A DNA stretch of 64,000 nucleotides from a phage, in the NCBI GenBank assembly GCA_012401045.1, contig GCA_012401045.1_4704.2; one strand, given 5' to 3'. Numbering within the stretch: position 1 is the first letter of the stretch; every line of letters starts with the position of its first letter. This document shows positions 24,126 through 33,875 of the stretch, piece by piece. Made by a program: the position numbers and the translations under genes. The notes under the pieces are model-generated. The model had not been told where the DNA came from and did no database searches. It saw only the letters and a list, made by a program, of their open reading frames with translations.

Positions 24126-26279
24126 TTATAACGTTTCGAAGTCGGTTGCTTTGATAACCGCGTTGAAGTTGGCAAGGAATTCCTTAAGCAGTGCTTGGAA
24201 GACATCACGAAACGCTGTGTTCGTCTGCAAGCTGGTTAAATAATCGTTCTTAAGGTAATCGCTCAGCTTACCGATCTTCTGCATCTTCTCGCCGTCTTGG
24301 TTCTCTCCAGGTTCTTGGCTGTTGATGTTAACCCATTTGATCCCTTCGAGATCGCCATCGGCAAGGAAGTTGGCGGGTGTCTCATCGTCGTTCAGGATTT
24401 TAATCGTATCACTGGATTCAATGCCACCGTAAGCTTCCAGAAGCTGGTTGACTGTTAGCTTATTGGTGTTGATTGAACCATTGACACCATCGATACCGAT
24501 GCCTGCACCTGTGATGGATGTCGCCGAAAGATCGATCGGTCCGGTTAACTTACCACCGTTGATCGGTAACGCACCAACTTGCTCAGCGGTGTGTGTATGG
24601 TCAGCTAACGCCGCAAACGCCACGATAGACTTATATGTCGAATACGGCGTCATATACGCTGATTGGTTGGTGTTGTCAGCCGCTTCAGTATCGGTAGCGA
24701 CATTAAAGTTCTGCACGTTGCTGAGACCGACCTGCACCTTCGTTACTTCATGCGGGTTGTTCTTATTGACAACGTGTGCTGCAAAACCATCACCAGCTAA
24801 AGCAGTGATTGCCGCTTTTGTCGCAGCCGGTGTCATATAGCGGTTGGTTGCTTCACCCGTTTGCGCCTCTTCGTCGGAAGCAACAGGATAGTTCTCAACG
24901 CTTCCCAAACCGACTTGGGCTTTTGTTACTTGGTGTGGGTTTTCGGTATTCGCAATATGACTACTGAACCCTTGACCCGCCAGTTGCTCGATTGCGTAAC
25001 GAACAAGTATTGGTGTCATGTACTTGTTGTTAACTTGACCATCGATAGCTTCTTGGGTGGTGGCAACCCCGAAGTTTTGCACGCTCCCCAACCCAACTTG
25101 CGCTTTTGTAACAGCATGAGGGTTATTGGTGTTACCGATGTGATCGGTAACCGTTGGGGTGATTAATCCTGCGATAGCGGCTGCCGTGGTCGCAGGGGTC
25201 ATGTATTTATCGTTAGCAACACCCGCAGCAGCTTCTACGTTAGATGCTACACCGTAGTTCAATACATTTCCTAACCCAACCTGCGCCTTGGTTACCCCGT
25301 GGGGGTTGTTCTTGTCTCCGGTATGGGTTGTCAACGTAGCGTTAACGTTATCGATACGCGTGCTTAAGCTATCAGTGATTGCTTTGATTGCGGCTCGTAC
25401 ACCCGCTGGTGTTGTGTACAGATCTGTGGCCGTACCGGTAATGGTTGTATTACTATCGGCTACACCGTAGTTCTCAACGTTTCCGAGTCCCACCTGGGCT
25501 TTCGTTACCTTGTGTGGGTTGTTGTAGTTGCTGATGTGCGCAGCAGCACTATCACCACTCAGGTTAGCGATCATTTTACGCGTCATCGCCAACGTCATGT
25601 ACAGATTTTCACCGATGGTTTCCAGATCGCTCTCGGTCGCCGTTGTGAAGTTCTGAACATTTCCTAACCCAACTTGAGCCTTGGTTACGCCGTGGGGGTT
25701 ATCGCGACGATTCTCGTGCTGCAGCAATGCAGTCATTGCTTTATTGAACCCTTCTTCAAGCGGTTCTTTCAATGATTCGATTGCAGCCACCACATCGTCC
25801 CACGTCATTGTGTCGGTTTCGACATTATGTTGGTGGTTGATTGGCGGGAATACGGAAGGAACGTCAGCAACCTTTTCCCAGAACGTAACGCGAGGGTCGT
25901 AAAGGTTGTTGGCTAAAACGTTAAGAATTTGTTGTTGATCAAGTGTAAACTCACCCCCCAGTGAATAGTAGTTCAGTTGCAACTGTCCACTGAATGCGGT
26001 GTCCAACAGCATGATGGAACCGTATAATTCCAGGCCGGTCAGCGCAGCCATGGCACGGAAGGGGTGAGTGCATAAAAAGTCAACGCCTTCTTCCAGATAC
26101 GCGTTTGTTTCAGGGTTGTAGATCTTTAACCCATTGCGAAAATATGGCGCGTATTTAGGAACGAGAAAGTTAAATCCGGTCCCCGTGGAAGGACGGACAG
26201 TGACGAGTTCTTCTGGAACCCATGCGCCATCCAAATTCCCCTGCGGGTTATACGGAAGGCGTTTAATTTCATCTGTCAT
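24126..26279 (-). CDS. tail fibre protein (717 aa)
   Basis: About eight repeats of NPH[GAQE]VTKAQVGLGNVxN[FY]; ATG with AAAGGG SD. Confidence 0.7.
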   Translation of the reverse strand: MTDEIKRLPYNPQGNLDGAWVPEELVTVRPSTGTGFNFLVPKYAPYFRNGLKIYNPETNAYLEEGVDFLCTHPFRAMAALTGLELYGSIMLLDTAFSGQLQLNYYSLGGEFTLDQQQILNVLANNLYDPRVTFWEKVADVPSVFPPINHQHNVETDTMTWDDVVAAIESLKEPLEEGFNKAMTALLQHENRRDNPHGVTKAQVGLGNVQNFTTATESDLETIGENLYMTLAMTRKMIANLSGDSAAAHISNYNNPHKVTKAQVGLGNVENYGVADSNTTITGTATDLYTTPAGVRAAIKAITDSLSTRIDNVNATLTTHTGDKNNPHGVTKAQVGLGNVLNYGVASNVEAAAGVANDKYMTPATTAAAIAGLITPTVTDHIGNTNNPHAVTKAQVGLGSVQNFGVATTQEAIDGQVNNKYMTPILVRYAIEQLAGQGFSSHIANTENPHQVTKAQVGLGSVENYPVASDEEAQTGEATNRYMTPAATKAAITALAGDGFAAHVVNKNNPHEVTKVQVGLSNVQNFNVATDTEAADNTNQSAYMTPYSTYKSIVAFAALADHTHTAEQVGALPINGGKLTGPIDLSATSITGAGIGIDGVNGSINTNKLTVNQLLEAYGGIESSDTIKILNDDETPANFLADGDLEGIKWVNINSQEPGENQDGEKMQKIGKLSDYLKNDYLTSLQTNTAFRDVFQALLKEFLANFNAVIKATDFETL

Positions 26280-26311
26280 GATGCGCCCTTTACAAGTTGT
26301 TAGTAAGTATG

Positions 26312-26329
26312 GGATACCCTGGGGTATCC
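26312..26329. promoter_or_regulatory. inverted repeat GGATACCC-TG-GGGTATCC in divergent promoter region
   Basis: 8-bp arms; between fibre gene start 26279 and plus-strand gene start 26384. Confidence 0.3.
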
Positions 26330-26383
26330 TGTGTTAACAGCGGTAAAATATTACTGTAACTATAAAATAAGGGGGCCTCTCCC

Positions 26384-27664
26384 ATGTATACATTGGTAAA
26401 AACTTACGGGTTACCCGTAGGTTCTGGCACGGCCTGGACAGCGCTTGAGGCGGGTGAAAGTGTCCTGAGTACGTTGTTCTCAACGTATCAAAAACTCAAG
26501 ATCCAGGTCCACGAAAGCTATGCTGACCAGCAACAAGTTATTGATCTGTACACATTTCAATCCGAGCTTCAAAACAGCAGCGATACGCTCAATGCGTGGT
26601 TGAAAGCGAAATCGGATGCGCATACCAACCTTCGTGGACAGCCTGGCGAGCTGTCGATTAAAACCCACAAGCTTTATTGTCACGACGCTATTACTGTAGG
26701 CTTTCTCCCTAAAGTCGGTAATAGTGGCTATCATCCGAGCAACGCGATCCCTGAGTCGGAACGCACTGATATCCTGTTGACGAAAGCGAATACGAATTAC
26801 GAAAATATCGGCAAACACTGCTTGTTCACCGTAGGCGGTTATGTTCATCCTCACGTCTACGGTAAAGACGTCGGTGTCTATATCCAGGGTGGGTTCAAGA
26901 CGGCACAGCGCAGCCAAGAAAACGATATCGGCATGATTGATTTTAGCCGTATCGGGAGTTTGGAAATCCATGCTATCACAGAAGAGATGATTGCTGATTC
27001 CACGAAGCTCTTGCCGTATAAGGACGAGATGTACTTGCGGTTACCGCGCAAGGTCGCCGAAGATGAAACCGTCGCGCTGGTGTTCGGGGGATATTTACAT
27101 CTTCTTGACGATTGTTACACGATCGTTAGCGACACGACAGCGAAAATAAACTGCATTAACATGTTTCTCTATGAACGGTACTTCCGTTCCCGTAAATACC
27201 TTGATCTAACATCTCTTGGTATTCTGTTGAACGAAGAAGACCCACAGTCCGACATTGTTGCCAATCGTTTATTGTCCGATAAAGCATTAAAAGCGTGGGT
27301 GACGCATCCTTGCAGTTTCTGGGTGTATATCAAAGCAACATCAATTCAGGTTACGCAAGAACCTTTACCACGAAGCGGTGTACCGGGACAGTATTTCTTA
27401 GGTAAGAAACCGGAAGGATTGATTCGGGCCGATCTCGGTGAGTTACCCGCTTACGTGCAGACCTATGAAAAACCGTTATGGGTACTTCACTCGCGCTGGG
27501 GACTTCGTAAGAACATGTTGTTTGAAAATACGTTGTACAAACATACGCGCGTTAAGCGACTTAACGATACGCCTTATCTTCACCAGGTCTGGTTGGAAAC
27601 GCATGCGACGTTGCAGACAGTACACAAGCTCGAATTGATCGATTCCAGTCAGAAAAACAAATAA
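26384..27664 (+). CDS. hypothetical protein (426 aa)
   Basis: ATG with AAGGGGG SD; divergent from fibre module; followed by conserved hairpin. Confidence 0.5.
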   Translation: MYTLVKTYGLPVGSGTAWTALEAGESVLSTLFSTYQKLKIQVHESYADQQQVIDLYTFQSELQNSSDTLNAWLKAKSDAHTNLRGQPGELSIKTHKLYCHDAITVGFLPKVGNSGYHPSNAIPESERTDILLTKANTNYENIGKHCLFTVGGYVHPHVYGKDVGVYIQGGFKTAQRSQENDIGMIDFSRIGSLEIHAITEEMIADSTKLLPYKDEMYLRLPRKVAEDETVALVFGGYLHLLDDCYTIVSDTTAKINCINMFLYERYFRSRKYLDLTSLGILLNEEDPQSDIVANRLLSDKALKAWVTHPCSFWVYIKATSIQVTQEPLPRSGVPGQYFLGKKPEGLIRADLGELPAYVQTYEKPLWVLHSRWGLRKNMLFENTLYKHTRVKRLNDTPYLHQVWLETHATLQTVHKLELIDSSQKNK

Positions 27665-27674
27665 CCAAACATAA

Positions 27675-27706
27675 CCCTCCTCCAACCCGTAAGGGAAGGA
27701 GGAGGG
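27675..27706. terminator. conserved GC-rich hairpin family copy (CCCTCCTCC-AACCC-GTAA-GGGAA-GGAGGAGGG)
   Basis: Between convergent genes; GNRA-type GTAA loop closed by CCC/GGG. Confidence 0.5.
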
Positions 27707-27715
27707 AATATGCTG

Positions 27716-28621
27716 TTATGCTACATATAACGTCAGATAACCGTCGATGAGCGTATTCATCACACTGAGTTGAAGTACGACAGCTTTACTAACATCTGTA
27801 CGTACACCGAACGGTAGTGTTTTGAATTGCTCTGGATCGGCTATTACTTGCGCATTCTGCAAGTTGAGCGGTCCAGGCATTGCTGACAATACCCAGCGAT
27901 CGTTGACCATAAGGCCGTCGATCTCTTCAGAGAGACCCAATTGCAGTGCGTTCATTTCTGCGATTAGTGCCTCCGATTGCGTATCGCCTGAGGTTAGCGT
28001 ATACCCATCGGTAAGCGATGCCAGAACACCAGCAGATACGAACCAGTTGTACGAAACAATAGCGCCTGGGAGTTTACTGCTATCTCGATCGATGATATAA
28101 TTCAACCCAGCCAACATATTGTTGCGAATGAGGTTGTTGAGGTCGTTATGTCCTGAAGTTAACTCAACAAGTAATTGACCAACCCATACTTGGTTACCAG
28201 GTTTAGGTGTTATCGCAACATGTATCGGTGATTTGGATTTATCCAGATCCGCGTCGACGATCTCGGTTTTATTGAGAAGGATACCGTACGTTGATGCTAA
28301 GACAGGTAATATCTCAGAGACCTTGGTTAGTGTATCTAAGGTTTCGATCTCGATGGGCCAGCGGTGCTGTCCACCAGGCCAAATACCCAGTTTACCAAGA
28401 TCGACGCGGTTATAATAGATGTCGACAGAGTTCACCAGCCCCGAACCCGGTTGGGGATGCACGGTTAACTTGCTGTTACGCTTGTACCCTGTGCTTTCAG
28501 AAGCCTCACCGATAACCAGTTTATCCAGCGTTACGCCTCGAGCATCGAAATCGCTATGCTTTCGAATCAGCCGAAAGAGGATTTCTTTCGATTCTAACCC
28601 TAGGATTTCACTGTACTCCAT
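27716..28621 (-). CDS. paralogous virion-type protein family member (301 aa)
   Basis: Contains the IYYNRVDLGKL ... STYGILL family domain. Confidence 0.5.
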   Translation of the reverse strand: MEYSEILGLESKEILFRLIRKHSDFDARGVTLDKLVIGEASESTGYKRNSKLTVHPQPGSGLVNSVDIYYNRVDLGKLGIWPGGQHRWPIEIETLDTLTKVSEILPVLASTYGILLNKTEIVDADLDKSKSPIHVAITPKPGNQVWVGQLLVELTSGHNDLNNLIRNNMLAGLNYIIDRDSSKLPGAIVSYNWFVSAGVLASLTDGYTLTSGDTQSEALIAEMNALQLGLSEEIDGLMVNDRWVLSAMPGPLNLQNAQVIADPEQFKTLPFGVRTDVSKAVVLQLSVMNTLIDGYLTLYVA

Positions 28622-28636
28622 TTAACACCCCTTAGG

Positions 28637-29521
28637 TTACGGTAGGATTTCTGCGCCCGTCGGGCCTGCCTTACGAGCTTCCAACGCACCAAGGTCGTAT
28701 TTCAACGTCAGCGTATCGTTGGTGGTAAATAGGTTGTGGTAAGTCGAAATCAGGTCGGTAACCTGCGCACCGACGATTTCGTTCATGTCGAAGGCAGAAC
28801 CTTGACCATCATCAGCACGAACGATTTTGTCACCAGCGGAGACCATCCCAATTTCAGAAATAACCGCGTACTCTTCACCACCTTCGGTGAGTTTAGCTAC
28901 ATTGAGGTATTCGTTAATATCCCATGGTGTCCAAACCAAAGAGACTTTACAGCTATAATCGTAATACTCCCCGGTCGCCACCAGAATTCCTGTTGTTGGA
29001 ATATCCGGTCGAGGTGGGTTGAGGTTCTTGTCGGTCGGATGCCATTCGATAGTCTGAGCAACACCATCGATGTACTTGGTATATCGCGTGGAGCGGACAA
29101 CGTTATCGAAATCGATGCGACGACCGTAATAACAGATGTATTTTTTACCGTTTTCCAGCGTCTCAATACGACGTAACCCAAATCTAGCACGTTCGTCCGT
29201 GGTCAAATCGTTACCAACTTCACGCATCACGAAAGGTTTGATTTTCCATGGTGAAAGATCGCTTGCTTCGTGAGCGATCGGCATCGAGGAAGGGATGCCG
29301 TTAGCGTTGCGGATGAATTCGTGACCTTGGTTGCCGATACAGAAGTAACGTACAGCAGGATTACCGTCGGGGTAAATCTTTGATTGAATCTGAAGCTTTT
29401 CGTTCAAGGTGCTGTGTTCTTCCCACGCATGAGGAAGACCGAGCGTAAGGTTCGTTTGTACTTGACCGCCGATAATCGTACGGACGATACGATCGGTAGC
29501 ACGGATTTGTGTAGAAGCCAT
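28637..29521 (-). CDS. hypothetical protein (294 aa)
   Basis: ORF between family paralogs. Confidence 0.5.
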   Translation of the reverse strand: MASTQIRATDRIVRTIIGGQVQTNLTLGLPHAWEEHSTLNEKLQIQSKIYPDGNPAVRYFCIGNQGHEFIRNANGIPSSMPIAHEASDLSPWKIKPFVMREVGNDLTTDERARFGLRRIETLENGKKYICYYGRRIDFDNVVRSTRYTKYIDGVAQTIEWHPTDKNLNPPRPDIPTTGILVATGEYYDYSCKVSLVWTPWDINEYLNVAKLTEGGEEYAVISEIGMVSAGDKIVRADDGQGSAFDMNEIVGAQVTDLISTYHNLFTTNDTLTLKYDLGALEARKAGPTGAEILP

Positions 29522-29537
29522 GTCTTTTCCTATTTAA

Positions 29538-30389
29538 TCAGTTATATTGCATCAACAGGATACCGCCGTAGTTCGTGCAGTAATCTTGGCTAAGCGTAAC
29601 GATAACAGCGTTAGCGAACGCGGGGTTAACAGGATAACCCTGTGCGATAAGTTCTGTTGTTTTACCGGTTGCGAGTACGGTAGACCCGTAAAGGTTGTTT
29701 TCGTCTTCACGGCCGTTATAAACCCATGGGGTTGGTGCAACGTTGTTGAATAAGCTAACCATTGCGCTTAGGTTACCACCAACCTTTAACCCGGCAAGAT
29801 CGGAACGGATTGCTGTGCAGTCTATAGCGTAACTGTAGACCAACGCTTGGATACGATTTGCGGTGTAGTACGGGAAATTGAGACCGGTCATCACCGTGGT
29901 CTTCATCATCCCCGCAATATCGTGGGCACTATCGAGAAGATAGAACGTAACGCTCCCCGTCCAAGCCAATCCAGTTGTTTTCAATTCTACGGTGTGTGGG
30001 AACGGATATTCATCGCCTCGTACAATCGGAGAATCGACGCAGCTATCCTGATCGATAACGATACCGTACGTTGATTGAATCAGAGGGATAAGATCGTGTG
30101 TCGTTTTAACCCCGGCATCGATAGCAAGCTTCGGTTCCATCCCCAAGAAGAAGTCTTGGATAGGGATACGATCGTACCACACGTAGCTGCTTTCACGGTA
30201 TTGTGCTGGTGTTACTGTTGCCGAAGGCGATACTTTCGCGCGGGTGTTCCGTTTATACGCATGGTTTCCGTTTTCAGCAACATCCGTGATATCAAGTGCA
30301 TCGAAGTTAAAGTCGAAGTCAGGATTGGCTGCCTGAATAAGTTCAGCGACCAGTACTTTAGGACTTTTGTTTAACAATTTCTGACTCAT
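29538..30389 (-). CDS. paralogous virion-type protein family member (283 aa)
   Basis: Contains YVWYDRIPIQDF ... STYGIVI ... GLAWTGSVTF family domain. Confidence 0.5.
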   Translation of the reverse strand: MSQKLLNKSPKVLVAELIQAANPDFDFNFDALDITDVAENGNHAYKRNTRAKVSPSATVTPAQYRESSYVWYDRIPIQDFFLGMEPKLAIDAGVKTTHDLIPLIQSTYGIVIDQDSCVDSPIVRGDEYPFPHTVELKTTGLAWTGSVTFYLLDSAHDIAGMMKTTVMTGLNFPYYTANRIQALVYSYAIDCTAIRSDLAGLKVGGNLSAMVSLFNNVAPTPWVYNGREDENNLYGSTVLATGKTTELIAQGYPVNPAFANAVIVTLSQDYCTNYGGILLMQYN

Positions 30390-30399
30390 TGTTTATTCC

Positions 30400-31335
30400 T
30401 TAGCCTTGTTCTTCTGGAGAACGACCCTGGAGGCTTGCGGTATGTCCGTCGACGTTGTAATAGAAAATCAATGGACCGCCAACGGCAGTACAGTAGTTTT
30501 CATCCAGACTGATCTCGATACCGTATTGGTAACCTGCTCTTGCTGGAATACGTCCGCCTAACTCACCGTTGAAAGCCACTTTAGCATTATACAGGTTATA
30601 CGGTGCGACATTGTCGTCTAATACCCAACGATCGGTAGTCATTTCAGCCAGAAGATCGGCAACCACCACATCGCTAATAACTGTACCTGTTACCAGCGAA
30701 GCCAGCAGTTCACCGTAATCAGAGGTATCACGACTGTAACTGTAAATCTCACCGCTAGCGCGTACGCCTTGACCAAAGAACTTAAGACCATCCAGCTCCT
30801 TGATCGCGATAATATCATCAAGATTCGGTACACGCGACTTCATCAAGATACGAACGCTCCCCGTCCAAGCCAGGCAGTTAGATGCGACACGAAGCAATTG
30901 TCCGTTAACAGTATCCCAGTTAAGTTCGTCGTTGACGATTTCTTCCGCGGTAAGACCAAGACCGAAACGTTCTTTGATGATAGGCCAGATATCACGCATC
31001 TTGGCGGCGTCTGGCGCATCGATAAGAATAGGCGCTACGTTACGCAGATACGCACCGATGTTAATACGGTCGTAATACAGTGTCGTCGAACCTTCGTAAT
31101 CGTCTAACTCGGTAAGCTTAGCGGTTGCTGTCGCCGTAATCTGGGTGTCGCGCTCATAGGCGCTTTGGTTGGTGGTTGGTGTTCCTAAAACCAATAATTC
31201 AGGGGTTAGGATATGCTCTCCGTTCTGAGGTGGGTTATCGTGGTTGATAAGACCATACACGAGATCGGATGAGGGTAAAGAGACGTCGACCGGGTAAAGT
31301 TCGGTGTCGTCAATAGTTGTTACCGTATCACTCAC
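30400..31335 (-). CDS. paralogous virion-type protein family member (311 aa)
   Basis: Contains LYYDRINIGAYL ... ERFGLGL ... CLAWTGSVRI family domain; GTG start with GAGGAGG SD. Confidence 0.5.
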   Translation of the reverse strand: MSDTVTTIDDTELYPVDVSLPSSDLVYGLINHDNPPQNGEHILTPELLVLGTPTTNQSAYERDTQITATATAKLTELDDYEGSTTLYYDRINIGAYLRNVAPILIDAPDAAKMRDIWPIIKERFGLGLTAEEIVNDELNWDTVNGQLLRVASNCLAWTGSVRILMKSRVPNLDDIIAIKELDGLKFFGQGVRASGEIYSYSRDTSDYGELLASLVTGTVISDVVVADLLAEMTTDRWVLDDNVAPYNLYNAKVAFNGELGGRIPARAGYQYGIEISLDENYCTAVGGPLIFYYNVDGHTASLQGRSPEEQG

Positions 31336-31394
31336 GGTGACCTCCTCGCCAGGAATTAGATAAAAAAGACTTTACGATTTGCTGCGCTATCACG

Positions 31395-33875
31395 TTAAAC
31401 GTCCTCGATAGGCAAAGGTTTAACAATCAAACGATTGAGCGGATTCGATAGACGCATACTGATAGGCTTATACGCAACATGATTCGTCTCACTTAGAGCC
31501 ACTGATCTGAAACGACCGTTCAACTGTTTGTAAATCGGTTCTATCCAGAGACCTCGAAGATCACGTTTACGGAAACGTTGTTCGAACGGTTTGATTGGGG
31601 TTACGGTTAACCCACGCAACGACTCTGACGGTAAACGCTCACGAAGGTCGCGTGGTGCCCGACCTGGGAACGGTGCAAGCCACAAACCATCGAGCGGATT
31701 TTTACGGAAACGCAACGAGACAGGATCGCTAATGACTTGTGCCCAATATTGCGTACTGAATCGAACCGTTTGGGTATTCTCGTAACCGCTACAATCACAC
31801 CAGGTTGGTTTCGGAGGCGCTTCCAAACTTTCAACCGCTGATTCACGCCAGTTCGTCATCGGGTTGTTATCATGCACGAATTTGATAACTTCCGTAGCCT
31901 GGTTATCCGTATCATGAACGTTTGCCTGTGCCCAGTCTTCCCACAGTTCTTCACTACCACTTACTAAACTCGAACCGAGACGAACGGCGATTTTGTTTAG
32001 TGGTTTGATTGGGTCACTGTTGATTGTCTGGATAAAATGGATGGTGTAACTGCTCAATGTCTTAAGCAGCTGCAGCATTCCGTATTGAATATCCTTAAGA
32101 CTGGTGACATCTTCCAAATCCTGGCCGGTGGCCTTTGTGAAGATATCGAGAGCCAGAATACCCGCCTCTTCTTGACTGATTGCGTCAAGCTCCCAATCCA
32201 TCGATAAGAACCATTCCTTGTAAAGCTGTCCAATACCGAAGTCGACACCAACATCCATGTAGAAGTTTTCAACGATGGCTTCAGCCATGCCTCGAGCTTG
32301 ATAATGTTCTTGGAGCTGATACATGAACTGATGACGACGCCAGCCCTGGTAGATCTCGGTAACGGCGCTCAGAAACTCTTCAGTACTGACGACAGCACGC
32401 AGCGTCACTTGCTTATCCAAACACCACCAGATCAGTTTATCGGGAATGATAGCAGGATCGGTAATGCTACGGAGATGGTCGAATGTCGGTAGCGTTAACA
32501 CCCTGACGTGGTTAGCATGGATCTTAGGTACTTCAATCAGCGTCATGCCCATCGAATAGTTCAGCAAATACAAGAACAGCTTGTAGGCATCTTTCATCGA
32601 CATCGTCATGGTATCACCCGTCACCGGGTTGGTTGTCGTTAACCGTGACTGATACATGCCTATTGCGCTAAGATGAATCCATTCATTCAGCAGGAAATCA
32701 TACTTAGGATACAATTCACTGTCTGTAAGGTCTTCGGCTTCACTTTCCAACACCTTGGTCGTTAAGGTATTGTTGTCATGCATCGACATTTTCTCTATCG
32801 TGCGGTTAAGCTCGGTATAATACTCCGCTTCGTTATCCCGCGCTAGAGGGAACTGTTGCTGCATCACGGTGGTGACCTTACGTCTTACCGTGCCATTACC
32901 GACGATCTCTTGAAGGTTAAGCGGTTTACGCTCCATGTAAACTGCGGGTTTTAACGTCTGGGGTATCTCGGAAGCGTCTTGTTTGATCGAGAACGCACCG
33001 ATTGGAATCCCACGATCGGTTAATACCTTTTGAATGAGCTTATCGTAGTTTTCCGTTCTGCCCATGTTTCTTTCAACGTAAGCGATGTTACGATAGAACC
33101 AGAGCATTTGGGATTCGGTCATGTACCGCTTGAATCGATCAAGGCCTTGATGGCTTGCCAGATAACTCCAGATATGGAAGCTATGGGCATAATGGGTATG
33201 ACAGTTTTCCCAACGAATACCTTTTATCATCTCAGGTATTTGTGTGAATAGGATGGCGTATAGCGCAGGCCAATGAAGCATATCGACGCTCTCGTATGCC
33301 GGATGTTCCCAGCGTCTGAAGTAATCGTCGATTTCTTGCTGTAAACGTGGAATAAGATTGGCCTCGCGTGACTCAACCTCTTGTCTATCGTACCAGAGAA
33401 TCTCATGATTGCGTGCCGCAATTGCTTTCTCGATATCGATGGGGTTAAGGATACCCAAGATCAACATACGTTGTTCCGGGTACCGCGCAATTAAACGATT
33501 GAAATAATCTCCGCCATACGCGTATTCCCTTGCCGTCATGCGATGCCGTAACATGTTTTCCTTGGTGAACTCGATCTCTTCGAGCGTATCCAGGGAATTT
33601 ACGGTCATCATTGTCTGACAAGGATGATACTCGCCAGCGAGATTCATGTAGTATAACCACGTGCGTGGGTCGTCCCCGACGGCCATCTGGTAGACTTCGG
33701 AAACCTTGAGGTTTAACCGTTCTGCCGTGATGTCGCTTTTAATAATCAGGGTGTCCGTTAGACGCTGCACGCTTTCCGAATAAAGCTGATAGTCAGTGTT
33801 GGACACGATCGGTCCTCCAAGGAGCCAGTGTAAATGAACGATATAAATAAAGGGCGCGTCGCCCTCGAACGTCAA
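31395..33875 (-). CDS. large hypothetical protein (about 803-826 aa) with C-terminal RFRK...GLW repeats
   Basis: Track start is TTG at 33875; a GTG at 33806 with GGAGGA SD is the more likely start; internal repeat RFRKNPLDGLWLAPFP / RFRKRDLRGLWIEPIY. Confidence 0.5.
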   Translation of the reverse strand: MTFEGDAPFIYIVHLHWLLGGPIVSNTDYQLYSESVQRLTDTLIIKSDITAERLNLKVSEVYQMAVGDDPRTWLYYMNLAGEYHPCQTMMTVNSLDTLEEIEFTKENMLRHRMTAREYAYGGDYFNRLIARYPEQRMLILGILNPIDIEKAIAARNHEILWYDRQEVESREANLIPRLQQEIDDYFRRWEHPAYESVDMLHWPALYAILFTQIPEMIKGIRWENCHTHYAHSFHIWSYLASHQGLDRFKRYMTESQMLWFYRNIAYVERNMGRTENYDKLIQKVLTDRGIPIGAFSIKQDASEIPQTLKPAVYMERKPLNLQEIVGNGTVRRKVTTVMQQQFPLARDNEAEYYTELNRTIEKMSMHDNNTLTTKVLESEAEDLTDSELYPKYDFLLNEWIHLSAIGMYQSRLTTTNPVTGDTMTMSMKDAYKLFLYLLNYSMGMTLIEVPKIHANHVRVLTLPTFDHLRSITDPAIIPDKLIWWCLDKQVTLRAVVSTEEFLSAVTEIYQGWRRHQFMYQLQEHYQARGMAEAIVENFYMDVGVDFGIGQLYKEWFLSMDWELDAISQEEAGILALDIFTKATGQDLEDVTSLKDIQYGMLQLLKTLSSYTIHFIQTINSDPIKPLNKIAVRLGSSLVSGSEELWEDWAQANVHDTDNQATEVIKFVHDNNPMTNWRESAVESLEAPPKPTWCDCSGYENTQTVRFSTQYWAQVISDPVSLRFRKNPLDGLWLAPFPGRAPRDLRERLPSESLRGLTVTPIKPFEQRFRKRDLRGLWIEPIYKQLNGRFRSVALSETNHVAYKPISMRLSNPLNRLIVKPLPIEDV

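Noticed and set aside
27700-27715. TATG immediately after many conserved hairpins as a possible late promoter core
   Set aside because: TTTATG or TTATG follows the hairpin on one or both strands in most copies, but this is equally explained as the U-rich tract of a terminator; a four-base motif is too short to call without transcript data.
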